From positions 116,748,001 through 116,812,000 of the forward strand of contig NC_086108.1 in NCBI RefSeq assembly GCF_963921235.1: a stretch of 64,000 nt of DNA. Direction: 5' to 3'. A program made the position numbers and the translations under genes. The stretch comes from Mobula hypostoma (Eukaryota). Positions within the stretch are counted from its first letter, which is position 1. Every line of letters starts with the position of its first letter. This document shows, piece by piece, positions 54,517 through 64,000 of the stretch. The notes beneath the pieces were generated by a model, which did no database searches, had not been told where the DNA came from, and worked only from the letters and a program-made list of their open reading frames with translations.

Positions 54517-57500
54517 ATGTGTGCAAGTTTGAGTTTGAAAGTGCGCAAATTTGAGTTTGATTGCCCGATAAGGAGTTTTATCATGACAAGCTTGAGTCTG
54601 ACAGTACACGAGTTGAGTTTGATTACAGGAGATGACTTTGATCGTGACGAGATTAAGTTTGAGAGTGCATGAGATTGAGTTTGAGCATGTGCAATTTTCA
54701 GTTTGAGTGTGCACAAGATTGAGTTTGATCGTCTACGAGATTGAGTTAGTGTATGAGTTTCAGTTTAAGAGTGCACAAGTTTGAGTTTGAAAGTGTATGA
54801 GTTTGAGTTTGTGAATGCACAAGTTTGAGTTTAAGTGTGTGCAAGTTTGTGTTTGAGTGTGCACGAGTTTAAGTGTGCGCAAGATTGAGTTTGATCGTGA
54901 TGAGTTTCAGTTTCAGAGTGCACAAGATTGAGTTTGATGGTGCCGAGTTTGAGTTTGAGAACATGCAAGTTTGAGTGTGCGTTTGAGAGTGCGTGAGATT
55001 AAGTTTGAGAGAGCACAAGATTCTGTTCATCGTGATGAGTTTGAGTGTGCGCGAGTTTGAGTGTACACAAGTTTGAGCTTGATCATGATGAGTTTGAGTT
55101 TTAGCGTGCATGAGATTGAGTTTGACTGTGATGAGTTTGAGAGTGCATGTGATTGAGTGAGTGTGCGCAAGATTGAGTTTGAGAGTGCGCGAGTTTGAGT
55201 TTGAGGGTGCGCAAGATTGAGTTTGTGCGTGAGATTGAGTTTGGATGCGCAACAGTAAACTTGAGTGTGCAAGATTGACTTTGAGACAGCACGAGATTGA
55301 GTTTGAGAGAGTACAAGATTGAGTTTGATTGTGACGAGTTTGAGTGTGTGCAAGTTTGAGTTTGATTGTGATGAGTTTGAGTTTTAGCATGTATGAGATT
55401 GAGTTTGTTTGTGATGAGATTGAGTTTGAAAGTGCATGTGATTGTGTTTGAATATGAGCAAGATTGAATTTGAACATGTCCGAGTTTGGGTTTGAGTGTG
55501 CACAAGTTTGAGCTTGAGAGTGTGTGCTTGAGAGTGTGCGAGACTGAGTTTGAGAGAGTACGAGATTCTGTTTGATCACGACAAGTTGAGTTTGAGTGTG
55601 TGCGAGTTTGAGTTTGAGTGTACACAAGTTTGAGCTTGATCATGATGAGTTTGAGTTTTAGCGTGCATGAGATTGAGTTTGATTGTGATGTGTTTGAGTT
55701 TGAGAGTGCATGTGATTGTGTTTGAGCATGTGCGATTTTGTGTTTGTGCATGGGATTGAGTTTGAACATGCATGAGATTGAGTTAGAGTGTGTGCGAGTT
55801 TGAGTTTGAGAGTGTGCCAGCTTCAGTTTGAGAGTGCGCGAGTTTGAGTTTGGGTGCATGAGAGTAAGTTTGAAAGTATACAAGATTGAGTTTGAGACAG
55901 CACAAGATTGAATTTGATCGTGATGAGTTCAGTTTCAGAGTGCATGTGTTTGAGTTTCAGTGTGTGCGAGATTGAGTTTGAGAGAGTACAAGATTCTGTT
56001 TGATCGTGTCGAGTTTGAGTGTGCACAAGTTTGAGTTTGGGTGCATGAGAGTAAGTTTGATTGTGACGAATTTGAGTTGAGAGTGCATGTGATTGAGTTT
56101 GAGTGTGCACGAGTTTGAGTTTGATCATAATGTGTTTGAGTTTTAGCGTGCATGTGATTGTGTTTGAGCATGTGCAATTTTGTGTTTGTGCGTGGGATTG
56201 AGTTTGAACGTGTACAAGATTGAGTTAGAGTGTGTGCAAGTTTGAGTTTGGGTGCATGAGAGTAAATTTGAGAGTGTACAAGATTGAGTTTGAGACAGCA
56301 CGAGATTGAGTTTGATCGTGATGAGTTTCAGTTTCAGAGTGCACGAGATTGAGTTTGATGGTGATGAGTTTGAGTGTGTGCGAGTTTGAGCTTGAGTGTG
56401 TGTGAGTTTGAGAGTGCAAGATTCTGTTTGATCGTGATGCGTTTGAGTGCACACAAGTTTGAGCTCGATTGTGATGAGTTTAAGTTTTAGCGTGCACGAT
56501 ATTGAGTTTGACTGTGACAAGTTTGAGTTTGAGAGTGCATGTGATTGAGCTTGAGTGTGTGCAAGATTGAGTTACAGTGTGCATGAGTTTGACTTTGTGC
56601 ACGAGATTGAGTTTGTGCGCAACAGTGAGTGTGGGGGCGCGAGAGTGAGTTTGAGAGAGTACAAGATTGAGTTGATCGTGATGAGTTTGAATGTGTGTGA
56701 GATTGTGTTTTGGTGCGCAAGAGTAACTTTGAGAGTGTGCGAGATTGAGTTTGAGAGAGTATGAAATTGAGTTTGATTGTGATGAGTTTGAGTGTGTGCG
56801 AGATTGAGTTCGAGAGAGTACGAGATTCTGTTTGATCGTGACGAGTTGAGGTTGAGTGTCATTGAGTTTGAGTGTACACGAGTTTGAGCTTAATCACAAT
56901 GAGTTTGAGTTTTAGCATGCACGAAATTGAGTTTGACTGTGACGAGTTTGAGAGTGCATGTGATTGAGTTTGCGAGTGTGCGAGTTTGAGTTCGTGCGTG
57001 AGTTTGAGTTTGACTGTGATGGGTTTGAGTTTAATTCTGCACGAGGTTGAGTTTGATCGTGATGTGTTTGCGTTAGAGGGTGCATGAGATTAAGTTTGAG
57101 CATGTCTGCGTTGGAGTCTGAGTGTGTGCGAGTTTGAGTTTGAATGTGCACGAGCTTGAGGTTGAGTGCGTAATAATGAGTTTTATCATGACAAGTTTTG
57201 AGTTGACAGTACACAAGTTTGAGTTTGATTACAGGGGTTTGAGTTTGACCGTGACGAGATTGAGATTGCATGAGATTGAGATTGAGAGTGTGCGATATTG
57301 AGTTTGAGTGCGTGATAATGAGTTTTATCGTGGCAAGTTTGCATTTGAGAGTGCATGTGATTGAGTCCGAGTGTGCCCGAGATTGAGTTTGATCGTGATG
57401 AGTTTGTGTTTTAGTGTGCACGAGACAGAGTTTAATGGTGACGAGTTTCAGTTTGAGCATATGCGAGTTTGAGTTTGAGTGTGTGCCAGATTGAGTACGA

Positions 57501-58223
57501 GTGTGTGCGAGATTGAGTTTAAACATGTGCGAGATTGTGTTTGAGTGTGTTCAAGTCTGACTCTGAGTATGCATGAGTTTGATTTTGAGAGTGCGCGAGT
57601 TTGAGTTTGAGTGCGTGAGAGTAAATTTGACAGAACACAAGATTGAGTTTGATCGTGACGTGTTTGAGTGTGTGCAAATTTGAGTTTGAGTGTGCACGAG
57701 ATTGAGTTTGATTGTGATGAGTTTGAGTTTAAGACTGCACAAGGTTGAGTTTGATCATGACGTGTTTGCATTAGAGGGTGCATGAGATTAAGTTTGAGCA
57801 TGTCTGTGTTGGAGTCTGAGTGTGTGCGAGTTTGAGTTTGAAAGTGCACGAGCTTGAGTTCGTGTGCGTAATAATGATTTTTATCATGACAAGTTTTGAG
57901 TTGACAGTACACAAGTTTGAGTTTGATTACGGGAGTTTGAGTTTGATCATGACGAGATTAAGATTGAGAATGCATGAGATTGAGATTGAGCATGTGCAAT
58001 TTTGAGTTTGAGTGTGCACAAGATTGAGTTTGAATGTGTATGAGATTGAGTTAGAGTGTGCGTGAGTTTGAGTTTGAGAGTGCGTGAAATTTAATTTTAT
58101 CGTAACAAGTTTGAGTTTGATTGTGCATGAGATTAAGTTTCAGAGTCCGTGAGTTTGAGTCTGAGAGAGCGCGAGTTTAATTTTCAGTGCGCGATTTTGA
58201 GGTTGTGTGCACTGGTGTGAGTT

Positions 58224-58361
58224 TATTTTTCAATGTTACGAACTAATTGATTTGTACAAATATGGGGGAAGGAGTCTTTATATGCAATTTAATTTAACAT
58301 ATTGACATTTTTTTCCTGTACTCTGTATTCTTATATATAAATTAATAAAAATAATGGAAAG
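58224..58361 (+). mobile_element. Probable L1-type 3'-UTR stub
   Basis: AT-rich non-satellite island ending aattaataaaaataatggaaag, similar in style to the 53560-53581 tail. Confidence 0.55.
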
Positions 58362-61300
58362 AGAATGTGCAAGATTGAGTTTGAGAGTGTGCGAGTTGAG
58401 TTTGAGCGCATGATAATGATTTTGATCATGGCGAGTTTGAGAGTGCGTGTGATTGAGTTTGAGGGTGCCCGAGATTGAGTTTGATCATGATGAGTTTGTG
58501 TTTTAGTGTGCACGAGATAGAGTTTGATGGTGTGCCAGATTGCGTACGAGTGTGTGCCAGATTGAGTTTGAACAAGTACGAGTTTTAGTTTGAGAGTGCA
58601 CAAGTTTGAGTTTGATTGTGATGAGTTTGAGTTTGAGAGTGCATGTGATTGAGAGTGCATGAGATTGAGTTTGAACATACACAAGGTTCAGTCAGTGTGT
58701 GTGAGAGACTGAGTTTGAGTGTGCACGTGTTTGAGTGTGCTCGAGATTGAGTTTGAGAGTGTGTGAGATTGAGTTCGTGTTAATGAGCTTGATGGTGACG
58801 AGTTTGAGTTTGAGCATATGCAAGTTTGAGCTTGAGTGTGTGCCAGACTGTTTATGTGTGCGCAAGTTTGACTTTGTGTGTGAGCAAGTTTGAGTTTGAT
58901 TGTGATGAGTTTGAGAGTGCATGAGATTAAGTTTGAGCGTGCGCGAGTTTGAGTATGAGAATGAAATAGTTTGAGTTTCAGTATGCGGATTTGAATTTGA
59001 TCGTGCGCTAGATTAAGTTTGAGAGGGTGCAAGTTTGAGTCTAAGAGTGTGAGATTTTGTATGAATGTGCGAGTTTGAGTTTGAGAGTACACAAGATTGA
59101 ATTTGAACATGCACGAGTTTGAGTCAGAGTGCGCGAGAGAAAATTTGAGAGAGCACGAGATTGAGTTTGATCATGACAAGTTTGAGCATGCGAGATTGAG
59201 TCTGAGAGTGCCCAAGAATGAGTTCGATCATGACGAGTTTGAGTTTTAGTACACGAGCTTGAGTTTGATCGTGCACTAGATTAAGATTGAGAGGGTGTGA
59301 GTTTGACTCTCAGAGTGCAAGATTTAGTATGAATGCACAAGTTTGAGTTTGAGAGTGTGTAAGATTATCTTTTGAGTTTTAGTGTTTGAGTGCACAAGTT
59401 TGAGAGTGCTTGAGTTTGAGTGTGCACAAGATTGAGCATGTGTGAGATTGAGTTTGTGTGAGAGCAAGTTTGAGTTTGAGAGTGAGCGAGATTGAGTTTG
59501 AATGTACATGAAATTGAGTTTGATCGTGATGAGTTTGAGTGCATGATAATGAGTTTTAACATGATGAGTTTATGTCCAACAGTGCACAAGTTTGACACAT
59601 GTTTGAATTTGATCGTGACAAGATTAAGTTTGAGAGTACATGAGATTGACTTTCAGCGTGTGCAATTTTGAGTTTGAGCGTGCACAAGATAGCATTTGAA
59701 TGTGTACAAGGTTGAGTTAGAGTGTCACGAGTTTGAGAATGTGCAAGGTTGAGTTTGAGAGAGTTTGAATTTGAGTGTGCGCGAGATTGAGTTTGAGTAT
59801 GCACAAGTTTGAGTGTGCGCGAGATTGAGTTTGTGTGTACAGGAGATTGAGTTTGATTGTGATGAGTTTGAGTTAGAGTGTGCATGAAATTAAATTTGAG
59901 CATGTGTGAGTTTGAATTTTAGTGTGTATGAGCTTGAGTTTGAGAGTACACGAGATTGAGTTTGAACATGCGTGAGTTTGAGTCAGCATGTGAGATTGAG
60001 TTTGAGTGTGCGCGAGATTGAGTTTGTGAGTGCACGAGTTTGAGTTTTAGTGTGCGCGAGATTGATTTGAGTGTGTCCGAGATTGAGTTTGATCGTGATG
60101 AGTTTAAGTTTTAGAGTGCATGAGATTGAGTTTGATGGTGATGAATTTGCATTTGAGCATATGCGAGTTTGAGTTTGAACGTGTGCCAGATTGCGTTTGA
60201 ACGTGTGCGAGTTTGAGTTTGGTTGTGATGATATTGAGTTTTAGTGTGCATGAGATTGAGTTTGATTGTGATGAGTTTGAGTGCGCGCGAGTTTGGGTTT
60301 GAGTGCACGCACGAGTTTGGGTTTGAGTGTGTGCGAGTTTGAGTGTGCACGAGTTTGCGTTTGAGTGTGCGCGAGATTGAGTGTGATTGTGGTGAGTTTG
60401 AGCTTTAGAGTGAACGAGTTTGAGTTTGATTGTGCACTGGATTAAGTTTGAGAGGGTGCAAGTTTGAGTCTCCGAGTGCGAGATTCAGTATGAGTGTGTA
60501 AGTTTGAGTTTAAGCGTGTGCATGTGTAAATTTGAGAGTGAGTAAGATAAAGTTTGAGAGTGCGAGAGGTTGAGTTTGAACATGTGTGAGTTTGAGTTTG
60601 AGTGTGTGCGAGATGGAGCTGAGTGTGCATGAGATTGAGCTTGTGAGTGCACGAGTTTGAGGTTGAATGTGCACAAATTTGAGTTTGAGTATGCGCGAGA
60701 TTGAGTTTGAGAATGCCCAAGATTGAGTTTGATCGTGATGAGTTTGAGTTAGAGTGCATGAAATTAAATTTGAGCGTATGTGAGTTTGAGTTTCAGTGTG
60801 TGTGAGATTGAGTTTGAACGTGTGCGACCGTGTTTGAATTTGAGAGTGTGCGAGTTTGAGTTTGAGTGTGCACAAGATTGAGCTTGAATGTGCGCGAGAT
60901 TAAGTTTGAGAGTGTGTGAGTTTGAATTTCAGTGTGCTTGAGTTTGAGTGTGCGCGCATTTGAGTTTGTGCGCGAGATTGAGTTTGAGTGTGTGCAAGAT
61001 TGAGATTGTGTACACGAGATTGAGTTTAAGAGTGCATGAGGTTGAGTTTGATCATGACGAGTTTGAATAAGAGAGTGCATAAGATTTAATTTCACCATGT
61101 GCGAGTTTGAGTTTGAGTGTGTGCGAGACTGAGTTTGAACGTGTGCAAGATTGAACTTGAGTGTGAGCGAGTTTGAGTTTCAGTGTGCACGAGATTGAGT
61201 TTGTGTGTACAGGAGATTGAGTTTAATTGAGATGAGTTTGAGTTAGAGTGCATGAAATTAAATTTGAGTGTGTGTGAGTTTGAGTTTTAGTGTGTGCGAG

Positions 61301-63321
61301 TTTGAGTACATGAGAGAAAGTTTGAGAGAGCATGAGATTGAGTTTGATCATGACAAGTTTGAGTTTTGTTGTGATGATATTGAGTTTTAGCATGCACAAG
61401 ATTGAGTTTGAGTGTGCACGAGTTTGGGTTTGAGTTTCAGTTCATGAGTTTGAGTTTGATCGTGCGCTAGATTAAGATTGAGAGGGTGCGAGTTTCAGTC
61501 TCAGAGTGCAAGATTCAGTATGAATGCGCTAGTTTGAGTTTAAGAGTGTGCATGCGTAAGTTTGAGAGTGTGCAAGATAAAGTTTGAGAGTGCATGAGGT
61601 TGAGTTTGAACATGTGCGAGTTTGAGTGTGTGCGAGATGGAGCTGAGTGTACATGAGACTGAGCTTGTGAGTGCGCGAGTTTGAGTTTAAATGTGCACAA
61701 ATTTGAGTTTGGGTGTGCGCAAGATTGAGTTTGAATATACACAAATCTGAGTTTGAGTGTGTGCAAGATTGAGTTTGAGAGTGCACAAGATTGAGTTCGA
61801 ATGTGATGAGTTTGAGTTTTAGTGTGCACAAGATTGAGTTTGTGTGTACAGGAGATTGAGTTTGATTGTGATGAGTTTGAGTTAGAGAGTGCATGAAATT
61901 AAATTTGAGCGTGTGTGAGTTTGAGTTTTAGTGAGTGTGAGATTGAGTTTCAACGTGTGTGAGAGTTTGAGTTTGAGAGTGTGCGAGTTTGAGTTTGAGT
62001 GTGCACAAGATTGAGCTTTAGTGTGCACAAGAATAAGTTTGAGAGAGTGTGAGTGTGAATTTGTGTGCGCGAGTTTGAGTTTAAGAGTGCACGAGGTTGA
62101 GTTTGTGTACACGAGATTGAGTTTAAGAGTGCACGAGGTTGAGTTTGATCATGACGAGTTTGAGTTAGTGCATAAGATTGAGTTTCACCGTGTGCGAGAT
62201 TGAGTTTGAGTTTCAGTGAGCACAAGATTGAGTTTGTGTTTACAGGAGATTGAGTTTGATTGCGATGAGTTTGAGTTAGAGAGTGCATGAAATTAAATTT
62301 CAGCGTGTGTGAGTTTGAGTTTTAGTGTGTGTGAGATTGTCTGAAAGTGCGTGAGCGAGTTTGAGTCTGAGAGTGTGCGAGTTTGAGTGTGCACAAGATT
62401 CAGCTTGAATGTGCGCGAGATTAAATTTGAGACTGTGAGTTTGAGCTTGAGAGTGTGTGAGTTTGAGTTTGAGTGTGCGTGAATTTGAGTGTGCACAAAA
62501 CTGAGTTTGTGTACATAAGAATGCACGGGGTTGAGTTGGAGTTAGAGAGTGCATAAGATTGAGATTCACTGTGTGCGAGATTGAGTTTGAAAGAGCGCAA
62601 GTTTGAGTTGGAGTGTGCGCGTGTTTGAGTTTGATTATACACGAGATTGCATTTGAGTGTGTGCTAGTTTGAATTTGACAGTGCATGTGATTGAGTTTGA
62701 GTGTGCATAAATTTGAGTTTCAGTGTGCATGAGATTGAGTTTGATCATGATGAATTTGAGATTGAGTGTGCGCGAGTTTGAGTTTGAGTGTACATGAAAT
62801 TGAGTTTGATTGTGATGAGTTTGAGTTTGAGTATGCACGAGTTTGAGTGCGTGATAATGAGGTTAACATGATGAATTTGTGTCCAACAGTGCACGAGTTT
62901 CAGTTTGACACGTGTTTGAATTTGATTGTGACAAGATTATGTTTGAAAGTGCATGAGATTGAATTTGAGTGTGTGCGATTTTGAGTTTGAGACTGCACGA
63001 GATGGCATTTGAACATGTACGAGATTGAGTTAGAGTGTCATGAGTTTGAATTTGAGAATGCACGAGTTTGAGTTTGTATGCGATTTTGAGTTTGTGCGCA
63101 AGATTGAGTTTGAGAGTATACGAGATTCAGTTTGCGGGTGAGTGTGCGAGATTGAGTTTGAGTGCCTGAGATTGAGTTTGAGAGTGTGCAAGATTGAGTT
63201 TGAGTGCGCAAGTTTCAATTTGAGAGTGTATGCGAGTGCGCGAGATTGAGTTTGAGAGTATGCTAGTTTGAGTTTGAGTGCAGGAGCTTGTTTGGAGTGT
63301 GCATGGGTTTGACCTTGAGCG

Positions 63322-63515
63322 TGCACGGGTTTCAAAGATTCCGAAAACTTTATTGTCATTCTAACCATACATCAGCTCTGCAGGGCAGAATGGGACAGCG
63401 TTTCTCAGGGGCAGTGCAATCATAACATAACAAATGCAACACTAAATAATAAACATAACAATAAATAGTAAAACACAATGGCCACATATCAGTTAAAATC
63501 AGTTATAAGTGTCCA
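63322..63515 (-). mobile_element. Probable LINE (Rex1-like) 3'-UTR stub
   Basis: Non-satellite island; minus strand T-rich, ending aatgacaataaagttttcggaatctttgaa. Confidence 0.55.
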
Positions 63516-64000
63516 GTGCAAGTTGAGTTTGATCATGCACAAATTGAGTTTGAGAGTGTGTGAGATTGAGTGTGAGTTTGAGCATGCACAATATTCAATT
63601 TCACCATGACAAAATTGAGTTTGAGTATGCGCAAGATTGAGTTTGAGTGCACGAGATTGAATTTGAGTACACGATTTTGAATTTCAGCATGTGCAAGATT
63701 GAGTATGAGAGTTCGGGAGTTTGGCTTTGAGCATTCGCAAGTTTGTGTTTGATCGTGCGTGAGTTTGAGTGCGCGAGACTGAGTTTGAGCGTGCATGAGA
63801 TTGAGTTGGAGTGTGCGCTAGTTTTTTAATGGTGCCGAGAATCTGTTTGAGCATATGCTAGATTGAGTTTGACAGTGTGTGAGATTGTGTTTGATTGTGC
63901 GGGAGTTTGTGTTTGTTTGTACACGAGATTAAGTTTGAGAGGGCGTGAGTTTGAGTCTGACTGTGCGAGATTAAATTTGAGAGTGCGCGTGATTGAGTTT

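Larger units (their letters stand above)
34033..64000. repeat. >30-kb complex intronic satellite built on GAGTTT/GAGATT hexamers (runs off the window end)
   Basis: Continuous gagattgagtttgagagtgtgcgc-type sequence interrupted only by retroelement inserts. Confidence 0.97.

Noticed and set aside
34033..64000. Dozens of minus-strand ORFs rich in LKLNL/HSQTQ/SNS
   Set aside because: Three-frame translations of the AAACTC satellite; no domain or splice structure

Overview
Eukaryotic vertebrate DNA. It is inferred to be a cartilaginous fish, probably a ray, from the V-SINE/CR1/Rex1/Penelope repeat complement. The window holds ten consecutive phase-0 GT-AG exons (54/108 bp) on the minus strand. 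They encode 234 aa (78 uninterrupted Gly-X-Y triplets) from the C-terminal part of the triple helix of a clade-B fibrillar collagen (alpha-1(XI)-like overall, with some COL5A3-like residues). Everything else is intron packed with repeats. These include nested CR1 and Rex1-like LINE fragments, V-SINEs, a solo LTR with a 5-bp TSD and a mariner-type MITE with internal TIR copies. There is also a Penelope GIY-YIG fragment plus several short Penelope-derived inserts that carry hammerhead-ribozyme cores, two of them TSD-flanked fold-back hairpins. Tandem arrays comprise 52-bp and 38-bp minisatellites, a 3.9-kb polypyrimidine array that expanded inside a Penelope terminal repeat, and a >30-kb strand-asymmetric GAGTTT-based satellite. 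That satellite contains a full-length 5.9-kb L1 (13-bp TSD, intact ORF1, ORF2 with one frameshift). Most ORFs in the supplied track are spurious repeat translations.
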